Source: Chitinophaga pinensis | Lineage (GTDB): Bacteria > Bacteroidota > Bacteroidia > NS11-12g > UBA955 | Direction: 5' to 3' | DNA: 64,000 nt | Assembly (NCBI GenBank): GCA_945890895.1 | Contig: CAMDDG010000006.1 | Span: 1,601-65,600 of the forward strand | In this document: piece by piece, positions 10,258-19,699 of the stretch | Numbering within the stretch: position 1 is the first letter of the stretch | How the letters are laid out: each line of letters starts with the position of its first letter | Program-made: the position numbers and the translations under genes | The notes under the pieces: generated by a model | Told to the model about the DNA's origin: nothing | The model's database searches: none | Seen by the model: only the letters and a program-made list of their open reading frames with translations

Positions 10258-10329
10258 TGCCTAAAGCCAATCCGGTTAATCATTGAATTAAACCAATAAT
10301 CAGTCCTGTTTTGCGTTAAATAATTGACT

Positions 10330-11748
10330 ATGAAAAAATCCATCAGATTGATTCTCACTTTTTTGGTTTTCGGGGGATATTTTTTCACCTCGCAAGCCCA
10401 AATGGTCAATGCATTTAAAGGGCGCAAAACACGCATACTGTTTTTGCTGGATGCCAGCGGAAGTATGTTGGCTCAAATGGATCAATCCAATCGCTGGTCG
10501 GTTGCAGTAACCTTTATTTCGAATATGGTGGATAGCTTAAGAGCAGTTTCCGATGTTGAAGTGGGTTTACGGGTGTTTGGGCATACACAACCCAACGATA
10601 AGCGCGATTGTCATGATACCAAATTGGAGGTTCCATTTTCAGCATTCAACCACAAAGAATTCCAAAAACGCATAAAACAGATCAAACCTCTTGGCTATAC
10701 GTCGATAACACAATCATTGTTAGCTACAGAGAATGATTTCCCCCAGGATAAAACAGCCAGAAACATCATCATTATCATTACCGATGGGGTGGAAGAATGT
10801 AACGGAGATCCATGTCAAGTAAGCGAGCTATTACAGCGCAAAGGAATAATTTTAAAACCATTCATTGTAGGTATGGGAACGGACAGTGAAGCTTTCAGAA
10901 AGCAATATCTTTGTGCCGGAAAATATTACAACGCCGAAACTGCTTCCGAATTCAATAAAATTATGGGTGTTATTGTGAATCAGTCACTGAACAATACTTC
11001 CGTTCAATTTAATTTGTTGGATGAAGCCGGAATGCCCCGCGAAAGCGATATTCCCATTACGTTATTTGATGCAGATAATGGGCAAATGGTGGAACATTTT
11101 GTACATACAATGAATGGTAAAGGAATTCCCGATACGCTCTATCTTGATCCTTTACGAAAATACAATATGTTGGTGCATACCTTGCCACCGTTGAGTAAAA
11201 ATAACATTGAAATTATTCCTGGAATACACAATACAGTGGCCCTTCCTACACCTCGTGGGGATCTTCAATTGAAAATTGGAGGAATAACATCCTATCGTTC
11301 TTTGGGTGCTGTAGTGATTCCATCGCCGGGATACAAGGCCCCAAACGGTGAATCGATCGATCCAAACATCATCAATCACCAGTTATTTAATTCATCTAAA
11401 AAATACATTACCGGTAGCTACGACGTGGAAATTTTGTCTACCCCAAGAATTCGATTTAATGGTGTAACAATCCGACAAAATAAGACAACCACGTTAGAGA
11501 TTCCTTCACCTGGAATGTTGCAACTATCCTTATCTCGGGATATTGCAGGAGCGGTATTTGTTAAAAGGGAAAACCAAAAATTGGAATGGGTCATGGATTT
11601 ACCTTTGGGTTCAGGAAAGCACAATTTAGTGATGCAACCCGGTGTATATCAAGTAATTTACCGTCCTAAAAGCGAAACAAGAACACTGTATACAAAAAAT
11701 AAAGAATTTAAAATAACCACGGGAACCAATACAATGCTTACGTTATAG
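10330..11748 (+). CDS. exported von Willebrand factor A domain protein
   Basis: Signal peptide; MIDAS motif LLDASGSM; ITDGVEECNGDPC. Confidence 0.85.
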   Translation: MKKSIRLILTFLVFGGYFFTSQAQMVNAFKGRKTRILFLLDASGSMLAQMDQSNRWSVAVTFISNMVDSLRAVSDVEVGLRVFGHTQPNDKRDCHDTKLEVPFSAFNHKEFQKRIKQIKPLGYTSITQSLLATENDFPQDKTARNIIIIITDGVEECNGDPCQVSELLQRKGIILKPFIVGMGTDSEAFRKQYLCAGKYYNAETASEFNKIMGVIVNQSLNNTSVQFNLLDEAGMPRESDIPITLFDADNGQMVEHFVHTMNGKGIPDTLYLDPLRKYNMLVHTLPPLSKNNIEIIPGIHNTVALPTPRGDLQLKIGGITSYRSLGAVVIPSPGYKAPNGESIDPNIINHQLFNSSKKYITGSYDVEILSTPRIRFNGVTIRQNKTTTLEIPSPGMLQLSLSRDIAGAVFVKRENQKLEWVMDLPLGSGKHNLVMQPGVYQVIYRPKSETRTLYTKNKEFKITTGTNTMLTL

Positions 11749-11800
11749 TTGTAACTGCATGCAGCAGATTATTCTAGTTTAATACCAAACGGAATTAAAA

Positions 11801-11832
11801 TTAAACGTAAAAAAATTCAATTTTACGTTTAA
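11801..11832. promoter_or_regulatory. AT-rich inverted repeat between the VWA gene and transketolase C
   Basis: TTAAACGTAAAA-N8-TTTTACGTTTAA; operator or weak terminator. Confidence 0.4.
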
Positions 11833-11951
11833 ATGGATTTCATTGAAAGCGTTAAAACTGGAAATCAGTTAGTGTATTAAAACAATTAAAATCGAAGCGT
11901 AAAGATCATTTTTTTGGTAACCCCACTTGAATAAAGAAACTGAAAATATTT

Positions 11952-12911
11952 ATGAAATCTTTTGAAATATTAGGCAACAAAGACACGCGCAGCGGATTTG
12001 GCGCGGGATTACTCGAAGCAGGCAAAAACAATCCCAATGTAGTGGCTTTGTGTGCAGATCTAACAGGATCATTAATGATGAATGATTTTCAGGATCAATT
12101 TCCTGAGCGATTTTTTCAAGCTGGAATTGCTGAAGCAAATATGATGGGTGTTGCTGCAGGTCTGGCTTTGGGAGGTAAAATTCCATTTACAGGTACTTTT
12201 GCTAATTTCTCAACCGGTCGGGTGTACGATCAAATTCGTCAGAGCATTGCTTATTCCGATTCTAATGTTAAAATTTGTGCTTCACACGCGGGATTAACCT
12301 TAGGAGAAGATGGTGCTACTCACCAAATTTTAGAAGATTTAGGTTTGATGAAAATGTTGCCAAATATGGTTGTAATTAACCCTTGTGATTACAATCAAAC
12401 CAAGGCTGCAACTATAGCAATTGCCAATCATCATGGACCTGTGTACTTACGTTTTGGACGTCCAAAATGGCCTGTATTTATTTCGGAAGATACCCCATTT
12501 GTTATTGGAAAAGCATTGATGTTGAGTGAGGGTGCTGATGTGAGTATTTTTGCTACGGGTCATATGGTATGGAAAGCTATAGAAGCGGGTCATATCTTAG
12601 CAGAAAAAGGAATTTCAGCTGAAGTAATAAACATACATACGATTAAACCTTTAGATGATGACGCTGTTTTAGCATCTGTTTTGAAAACACGTTGCGCAGT
12701 TACAGCAGAAGAACATCAAATGAACGGTGGTTTGGGTGATTCAATAGCTCAATTATTGTCGAGAAAACAACCTACACCATTAGAGATGGTTGCAGTTAAC
12801 GATTCATTTGGTGAAAGTGGAAAGCCAGAAGAATTGTTGGTAAAATATGGTTTAGATACCGTGAATATTGTTGAAGCAGCGGAAAAAGCCATTGCAAGAA
12901 AAAACGGTTAA
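11952..12911 (+). CDS. transketolase, C-terminal (pyrimidine-binding) subunit
   Basis: [38 protein letters not shown]. Confidence 0.95.
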   Translation: MKSFEILGNKDTRSGFGAGLLEAGKNNPNVVALCADLTGSLMMNDFQDQFPERFFQAGIAEANMMGVAAGLALGGKIPFTGTFANFSTGRVYDQIRQSIAYSDSNVKICASHAGLTLGEDGATHQILEDLGLMKMLPNMVVINPCDYNQTKAATIAIANHHGPVYLRFGRPKWPVFISEDTPFVIGKALMLSEGADVSIFATGHMVWKAIEAGHILAEKGISAEVINIHTIKPLDDDAVLASVLKTRCAVTAEEHQMNGGLGDSIAQLLSRKQPTPLEMVAVNDSFGESGKPEELLVKYGLDTVNIVEAAEKAIARKNG

Positions 12912-12947
12912 TCTTTAGAGGGTAATTGCCCCATAAAATTTAAAATT

Positions 12948-12980
12948 AACCTCAGCGGTTCTGAAACAACTGCTGAGGTT
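12948..12980 (+). terminator. stem-loop downstream of transketolase C
   Basis: AACCTCAGCGGTT-CTGAAAC-AACTGCTGAGGTT. Confidence 0.6.
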
Positions 12981-12996
12981 ATGTGTTTATAGTGGA

Positions 12997-15900
12997 ATGA
13001 ATACGAAGGAAATACTTTCCCGGGTAGAGAAGTCAGAACCGGTTGTTGAACTCTTGGGATTTTTGCAATCTCAGCAACCCGTATATGTTCAAGGGATATG
13101 TGGATCCGGAGGAGCGTTGATTTCTGCGGTTACTTTCGCAAATAATCAACAACCTCAATTAATAGTTCTTCCCAACAAAGAAGAAGCTCAGTACTTCAAA
13201 AGTGATTTAGAAAATCTTTTAACGGGTCAGAGCATCTATTTTCTGCCCGATTCGTTTATCAAGTCGTTTCAATCCAACCGCGAAAATGCGATGGGGGTTC
13301 AAGAACGCATCGAAACACTCAACATGCTTCGAAAGAATCCTCGTCGAATAGTTGTTACCTATTTAGAAGCCATTACCGAGCTGGTAGTTCAAAAAACAGC
13401 CCTTGAAAGCAATTCATTTGATATTGCAACGGGTCAAAATTTGGATGTCGAGTTTTTATCTGAATTCTTATACGAAAATGGGTTTGAACGCGAAGATTTT
13501 GTTTTTGAACCGGGACAGTTTTCAGTTCGAGGAGGAATCATCGATTTATTTTCTTTCGCCCACGAATATCCATTTCGGGTGGAATTGGATGGAGATATCA
13601 TTGAGAGTATTCGTGCATTCGACGTAAATACCCAGCTTTCCATTAAAGAAATGGCCCATTTTACTTTGGTTCCCAAATTAGCTGGACAAAAGGAAATGGA
13701 AGAAAAATCCACCGTTTTTAGTTACTTCCCCGAAGACACTTTATTGTTTTCGGTGGATTTAAATCTGCAATTAGAAAAGTTAGCAAAAGCATGGGAAAAA
13801 TCCTTGCAAGATTTTCAAACTGCAACGGATAACCGCAGCGATAACATCCCCAAACATCCCAAAGAACTATGGATGAGTCCCAAACAATGGATGAATGAGG
13901 TAACTCGTTTCAAACAAATCTTTTTGGGGGGTGAACGTCCATTGGATAAACATCATACCGTTGGATTCAAACAAGAGCCTCAGCCCTTATTTAAGCGTAA
14001 TATGGATATGCTTAAACAATGGTTACGCGACAATCTAAAACTCGGCTACAACACATTGGTTTTCAGTGATAACAGTCGACAAATCGAGCGTTTGATGGTA
14101 CTGATGAAAGAGGATCAGTTGGAGGAAGCGTTTTCACCGGTTTATGTAGGACTTTCATCGGGTTTTGTTGATAAAGATGTTCGTTTAGCATTAGTAACCG
14201 AACATCAATTGTTTGATAAATACTATAAGCCCAAAGGTCGTCAGGTGTATTCGGGGAGTACATCGCTCACGCTTCGCGAATTACGAAATCTAAAACCGGG
14301 CGATTATGTAACGCACATAGATCATGGGATTGGTCGTTTTGCAGGGTTGGAGAAGATGGAAATGAACAGTGTAATGCAAGAAGTGCTTCGCTTAGTTTAT
14401 CGCGACAATGATTTATTGTATGTTTCGGTAAACAGCTTACATAAAATTTCTAAATACACAGGCAAAGATGGTACAGCTCCAACCATGCATAAATTGGGCA
14501 GTCCTGCTTGGGATAAGCAGAAGAAAAATACGAAACGCAAAGTAAAAGATATTGCTCGTGAGTTGATTCAACTTTATGCTAAACGGAAGCAGGAAAAAGG
14601 ATTTGCGTTTTCACCCGATTCATACTTACAAACGGAATTAGAAGCCAGTTTTTTTTACGAAGACACTCCCGATCAAGGCAAAGCCATTGAACAAGTAAAA
14701 CGGGATATGGAAGGCGAACAGCCCATGGATCGTTTGGTCTGTGGGGATGTGGGATTTGGAAAAACAGAAGTAGCCATACGTGCTGCTTTTAAGTCTGTTT
14801 GCGACAGTAAACAAGTGGCTGTTTTGGTACCTACCACCATTCTCGCACAACAACATTATCGTACGTTTTCAAAACGATTTGCGGGTTTCCCCGTAAAAGT
14901 AGATTATTTGAACCGTTTTAAGTCCCCAAAAGAACAAAAAGCGGTCATTGAAAAATTGGCCAAAGGTCAAGTGGATATAGTTATCGGAACCCATCGATTA
15001 ATCAGTTCTGACATTAAATTCAAGGATTTGGGTTTATTGATCATTGATGAAGAGCAAAAATTTGGGGTAGGAGCCAAAGAGAAATTGAAGAATATACGCG
15101 TAAATGTTGATACGCTTACGTTAACTGCAACTCCCATTCCTCGAACACTGCATTTTAGTTTGATGGGTGCACGAGATTTAAGTGTTATCAATACTCCGCC
15201 ACCCAATCGTCAGCCGGTTCATACGGAATTAGCTACTTTTAGTCGTGAAATTTTAGGGAAAGCTGTTTTCGATGAAATTAATCGCGGTGGACAGGTTTTT
15301 GTGGTTCATACCCGAATCAAAGATATTTTTGAATTGGCATCGATTATCACGGCCGAAGTTCCTGAAGCCAAAGTTTGTGTAGCGCATGGACAAATGGAAG
15401 GACATCAACTGGAAGACGTGATGGTTCGATTTATTGAAGGCGAATACGATGTTTTGGTGGCAACCAGTATCATTGAAAGTGGATTGGATATTCCCAATGC
15501 CAACACCATTATTGTAAACAATGCACATTTGTTTGGCTTATCGGATTTGCACCAAATGCGCGGAAGGGTAGGACGTTCAAATATAAAGGCGTATTGTTAT
15601 TTATTGTCGCCTCCGTTGTCCAATCTGCCCGAAGATTCGCGTAAACGCTTGCGCACCTTGGAGGAGTACAGTGATTTGGGATCGGGATTTCAGGTGGCAA
15701 TGCGCGATTTGGATATTCGGGGTGCTGGTAATTTACTAGGTGCAGAGCAAAGCGGTTTTATAGCAGATATGGGATTTGATATGTACCATAAAATCTTAGA
15801 TGAAGCCGTACAAGAATTGAAACAAGAAGAATTCGCTGATTTGTATTCAGAAGAGCAAACCGATGTGAAAATTGAAAGTCGTGATTGTCAAGTAGATACC

Positions 15901-16365
15901 TATTATGAAATATTGATTCCTTCCGATTACGTAGTTCAAACCTCGGAAAGAATCAGCTTATACAGCGAACTGTCGAATATAAACACGGAATTGGGATTGC
16001 AGAATTTTGTTTCGGAGTTGAAAGACCGATTTGGTCGTCCGCCCGATGCCGTACTATCTTTGGTTGATTCGGTTCGATTGAAATGGGCTGCCAAAGAATT
16101 GGGTTTAGAAAAGGTATCTTTACTTCCTACTAAATTGAAGTGTTTTTTTCCGGGGGATGCAAGCGCGGCCGTATATCAAAGCGAAGCGTTTAGTTTATTG
16201 ATCGCCATGTTGGCACAGAATTCACAAAAATACAACGCAAAGCAAACCGATAAGGCGTTCATCGTTGAAGTTCGTGGAATTACCGATGTGTTTCAGGCCT
16301 TGTATGAATTGAACCATTGGAAAACAGTAATTTTGCCAAGTAGTCTAAATCGCGTTGCTTTGTAA
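12997..16365 (+). CDS. mfd: transcription-repair coupling factor
   Basis: CarD-like GDYVTHIDHGIGRF, DRLVCGDVGFGKTEVA, DEEQKFG, TATPIPRTL, QMRGRVGRS, TRCF C-terminus. Confidence 0.98.
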   Translation: MNTKEILSRVEKSEPVVELLGFLQSQQPVYVQGICGSGGALISAVTFANNQQPQLIVLPNKEEAQYFKSDLENLLTGQSIYFLPDSFIKSFQSNRENAMGVQERIETLNMLRKNPRRIVVTYLEAITELVVQKTALESNSFDIATGQNLDVEFLSEFLYENGFEREDFVFEPGQFSVRGGIIDLFSFAHEYPFRVELDGDIIESIRAFDVNTQLSIKEMAHFTLVPKLAGQKEMEEKSTVFSYFPEDTLLFSVDLNLQLEKLAKAWEKSLQDFQTATDNRSDNIPKHPKELWMSPKQWMNEVTRFKQIFLGGERPLDKHHTVGFKQEPQPLFKRNMDMLKQWLRDNLKLGYNTLVFSDNSRQIERLMVLMKEDQLEEAFSPVYVGLSSGFVDKDVRLALVTEHQLFDKYYKPKGRQVYSGSTSLTLRELRNLKPGDYVTHIDHGIGRFAGLEKMEMNSVMQEVLRLVYRDNDLLYVSVNSLHKISKYTGKDGTAPTMHKLGSPAWDKQKKNTKRKVKDIARELIQLYAKRKQEKGFAFSPDSYLQTELEASFFYEDTPDQGKAIEQVKRDMEGEQPMDRLVCGDVGFGKTEVAIRAAFKSVCDSKQVAVLVPTTILAQQHYRTFSKRFAGFPVKVDYLNRFKSPKEQKAVIEKLAKGQVDIVIGTHRLISSDIKFKDLGLLIIDEEQKFGVGAKEKLKNIRVNVDTLTLTATPIPRTLHFSLMGARDLSVINTPPPNRQPVHTELATFSREILGKAVFDEINRGGQVFVVHTRIKDIFELASIITAEVPEAKVCVAHGQMEGHQLEDVMVRFIEGEYDVLVATSIIESGLDIPNANTIIVNNAHLFGLSDLHQMRGRVGRSNIKAYCYLLSPPLSNLPEDSRKRLRTLEEYSDLGSGFQVAMRDLDIRGAGNLLGAEQSGFIADMGFDMYHKILDEAVQELKQEEFADLYSEEQTDVKIESRDCQVDTYYEILIPSDYVVQTSERISLYSELSNINTELGLQNFVSELKDRFGRPPDAVLSLVDSVRLKWAAKELGLEKVSLLPTKLKCFFPGDASAAVYQSEAFSLLIAMLAQNSQKYNAKQTDKAFIVEVRGITDVFQALYELNHWKTVILPSSLNRVAL

Positions 16366-16450
16366 TTGTTTTTAATTGGGCTTCATAGGATCAATCCTGC
16401 TAGATGTCCATTTGAAGAATTTACCCAATAAATTGAATTTAATCCGATAA

Positions 16451-17527
16451 ATGAATCCAATCACGCGAACATTACGACTGCTTTTTGTTTCTATAATATT
16501 TGGAAAACTAAGTATGGCTCAAGCTCAAAAACAACTTCCCCAGTACAATCCCGAATTACGATTTATACATCACAGAGAAGATTGGAAAGGAAATCCAATC
16601 GTTAAAGGTATGTACGTTAATCATGAATTTCCACAAATGAATGGATTTAAGGATGTGCTCAAATGGAAAAGAATGAAAAATCCGTATGAAAAGTTGAAAA
16701 AGATGGACACCTTTGAAATGCCCATAAAGGTGGATTCAGTCATTTTTGATAAATCTCAAGACGGTATTTTTTGGTTGGGACATGCCACTTTTTTGATTCG
16801 TTTTGGAGGAAAACAGTTCATTACAGATCCTGTTTTTAAAAAGGCAGCCGTAGTTAAACGGCACTCTAAATTACCTGTTAAAATTAAAGAGTTACCCGAA
16901 TCTGATATTGTTTTAATGAGCCACGATCATCGCGATCATTGCGATAAAAATAGCTTGCGAAAATTAAGAAAACAGAATCCTGAAATTCAATATTATTCTG
17001 GATTGAATATGGATAAACTATTGAAGAAGTATTTGCGTAAAGCTCCTGGTCAAACCGCCGGTTGGTTTCAACAATACAATACTCAGGGACTGGGTTTTGA
17101 ACTGTACTTTCTGCCCACCCGTCATTGGTCAAAACGCGGATTATTCGACACGAATAAACGATTGTGGGGATCGTTTATATTGGTAATTGATGGAGTTACC
17201 ATTTACTTTGGAGGAGATTCAGGATATGGTAGCCATTACAAGGAGATTGCTACGCTATTCCCACATATTGATTATGCTATATTAGGTATTGGTGCTTATG
17301 AGCCGGAATGGTTTATGGAATCGAATCATTCATCGCCAGCTAAATCGTATCAAGCATTTTTAGATTTAAATGCTCAACATTTGATTCCCATGCATTATGG
17401 AACTTTTGACTTGAGTGATGAACCCATAGGTTATCCCATTCAAGTATTGGAAGACATAAAAAAAAGGGAAGGAGATTCACGGATTGTGATTCCTTCCCTT
17501 GGTGAGAATTTATTTAATTCTAAATGA
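16451..17527 (+). CDS. MBL-fold metallo-hydrolase (RomA/NAPE-PLD-like)
   Basis: WLGHATF, SHDHRDHCD, RHWSKRG, YFGGDSGY, IPMHYGTF; signal peptide. Confidence 0.85.
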   Translation: MNPITRTLRLLFVSIIFGKLSMAQAQKQLPQYNPELRFIHHREDWKGNPIVKGMYVNHEFPQMNGFKDVLKWKRMKNPYEKLKKMDTFEMPIKVDSVIFDKSQDGIFWLGHATFLIRFGGKQFITDPVFKKAAVVKRHSKLPVKIKELPESDIVLMSHDHRDHCDKNSLRKLRKQNPEIQYYSGLNMDKLLKKYLRKAPGQTAGWFQQYNTQGLGFELYFLPTRHWSKRGLFDTNKRLWGSFILVIDGVTIYFGGDSGYGSHYKEIATLFPHIDYAILGIGAYEPEWFMESNHSSPAKSYQAFLDLNAQHLIPMHYGTFDLSDEPIGYPIQVLEDIKKREGDSRIVIPSLGENLFNSK

Positions 17528-17539
17528 GATGATTTAGAT

Positions 17540-19690
17540 TTAATTTTTCATTAAATCAGTCATTTCATCATTAACGGACTTCTTTTTCTTGCTTGTATTT
17601 TCCGAATTCAATGTTTTTTTTGCGGAAGTAGTAGCAGTAGTTTTTACTGCATTCAAGTCCTTATTGACAGTTTTATCTGAATTTGACACGATAGGAGCAT
17701 CGTTAACTGCGGCAGGGTTACTTGTTCCAGAAGCAACTTGAGCAGCATCAGTAGCAGTTTCGCTAGCAACAGGAGAAGATTTTTCAGTTGTTGCAGGTGC
17801 TTGAGGAGCTGGTTCTCTAGAAGATTTCTTCATAGTGGAGGCAGCAGTTCCATTCATAGTTCCTGTTTTTGCCGCAGAAACAGATTTTGAACCAGAAGAG
17901 TTCAATTTTTCCGCCGACACTACTAATTCGATGGAATCTTTTCTTGCTTGTTCTTCATCCAGAACTTGGTCTAAGTAGGTTGTATCTAAAGGTAAATTAT
18001 TCAATTTTTCATCAAACAATGCCGTATCAACCGGAGCCACTGATGCAAAGTCTTCTGTTCCTTCAATAATGGTTGCACCTTTTATTTTAGTGGGTTCTAG
18101 TTCCGGATTGGGTGCGTTTTTTTCTTCTTCTGTGATTTCATTTACTGGTTTTACTTCCTCCGATTCATCTATTTCTGGATAGTTCATGGATGTTCCCAAA
18201 AATCCTAACTCACAACCATTGTTGGAAATTGCACCAAACTTTCCACGACAGCTATCGCGCTTATCGGGAACCATATCGTGGTCTTTGTCTTTCCATCTGC
18301 CAATATTCAAATTGAAACCAGCCATTCCGGAAATGTTTTGAGTGGAACCATAATTAGTAACAGCCAAAATATCATTGATGTTAATAAATGCTTGGAAGGG
18401 ACCTAAATTGAAACTCATACCCAATCCAACACGAGTAGCTTTTGCATCAACCAATGTAAAACTACCCCGAATATCGACCCATTCACCCAATTCTTGATTG
18501 ATCGACAATGTGTTCATTGTTTTATCTCCTTTAACACCAAAACCATATCCACCAATCCATTGAACCTGTGTTCTGGGTGTAATGAAGTATTCTGCACTCA
18601 GAATATAACGGGGTTTTAAATTGGTTGTGTAGGATTCCACGGAACGAGAATTAACCGATAATTTATCAATTAAAGAATCTGCTATACCTTGAAGAACATC
18701 ATCATTCCCTCCACCTAACTCATCAATCTGATTGGTGTCTAAACCATTAAATGTCCAAGAAAACAAAGGGGTATTGAAATCTTGGGCAGCATTTTTCCAT
18801 TTAATATAACCAAGGTTTTGGACGCTTCCTGAAATGCGTAGTTTTTCTATGGGACGGTACATGAAACCCACTCCAAAATTGTAACCACGATTAGAGCCAA
18901 AATCAAAATTATTGACATTGTTTTCAATCATTTGTTCAAGATTCTCGCGATATGAGCTATCTGAAGAGAGTTTTCCTAAATCTACACCAAACAAAGATGC
19001 ATTACCTTGCATTTGACCATTCACACCGATGGAATAAATGCTGGATGTGCCTGTATCGGTAGAAATACCCAAACGTGCTTGGTTCAATCCAACATGAGCT
19101 ATCCCATTTAATACTCCAAAATTGGCACCAACAGACAATTTATTGTTGATGAATCGTCCGTAGGAAAATTGATTTTGATTGTAAGCCATAAAATGGGTAC
19201 CAGCAAAATCCAAGTTCGCATCACGCTCTATGTAAGCGCCGTTTCCTAAAAACATCAAACCAAATAGATCTTTAGGAATGCGAATGGAACCTTCCATGTG
19301 CATGGACGAGTTGAAAGAAAAATACGATTTTTTAGTTCTGAATCCGGCAAAAAACAAATTGGATTGCAAAGAATTATCAATTCCAATTTGTTTTTCATCT
19401 TCATTAATTAAACGAGAAACCGTTTGTAAAGCAGTTTCATTTGAATTAAAGAAGGAATTCATATTTCCACCGGTTAAATCCAAACCGCTGGAAAAGTAAC
19501 CCAAGCCTAAACTAAAGCGGTATTGCGGTAGAAATGCTGGGTTAATGGTATGTGATTGAGGTAAATGTCGATTGTTGTATTCAAAAAAGTTCTGTGCTTG
19601 GATGGATTTTGTAGAAGTAAATCCTGCGATAAAACATCCCCCGAAAACAAGAACACGACGATATATAGATTGATTTGTAATTTGTCTCAT
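17540..19690 (-). CDS. DUF5723-family outer-membrane beta-barrel protein with one TSP3-like repeat and a low-complexity C-terminal tail
   Basis: PQSHTINPAF, NLGYIKW, NLGPFQ barrel motifs; DKDHDMVPDKRDSC...NNGC; Ala/Thr/Ser/Lys-rich tail. Confidence 0.7.
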   Translation of the reverse strand: MRQITNQSIYRRVLVFGGCFIAGFTSTKSIQAQNFFEYNNRHLPQSHTINPAFLPQYRFSLGLGYFSSGLDLTGGNMNSFFNSNETALQTVSRLINEDEKQIGIDNSLQSNLFFAGFRTKKSYFSFNSSMHMEGSIRIPKDLFGLMFLGNGAYIERDANLDFAGTHFMAYNQNQFSYGRFINNKLSVGANFGVLNGIAHVGLNQARLGISTDTGTSSIYSIGVNGQMQGNASLFGVDLGKLSSDSSYRENLEQMIENNVNNFDFGSNRGYNFGVGFMYRPIEKLRISGSVQNLGYIKWKNAAQDFNTPLFSWTFNGLDTNQIDELGGGNDDVLQGIADSLIDKLSVNSRSVESYTTNLKPRYILSAEYFITPRTQVQWIGGYGFGVKGDKTMNTLSINQELGEWVDIRGSFTLVDAKATRVGLGMSFNLGPFQAFININDILAVTNYGSTQNISGMAGFNLNIGRWKDKDHDMVPDKRDSCRGKFGAISNNGCELGFLGTSMNYPEIDESEEVKPVNEITEEEKNAPNPELEPTKIKGATIIEGTEDFASVAPVDTALFDEKLNNLPLDTTYLDQVLDEEQARKDSIELVVSAEKLNSSGSKSVSAAKTGTMNGTAASTMKKSSREPAPQAPATTEKSSPVASETATDAAQVASGTSNPAAVNDAPIVSNSDKTVNKDLNAVKTTATTSAKKTLNSENTSKKKKSVNDEMTDLMKN

Positions 19691-19699
19691 GATGTGGAA

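Noticed and set aside
16451-17527. Metallo-beta-lactamase resistance gene
   Set aside because: Motifs fit the RomA/NAPE-PLD-like hydrolase branch, not class B beta-lactamases.
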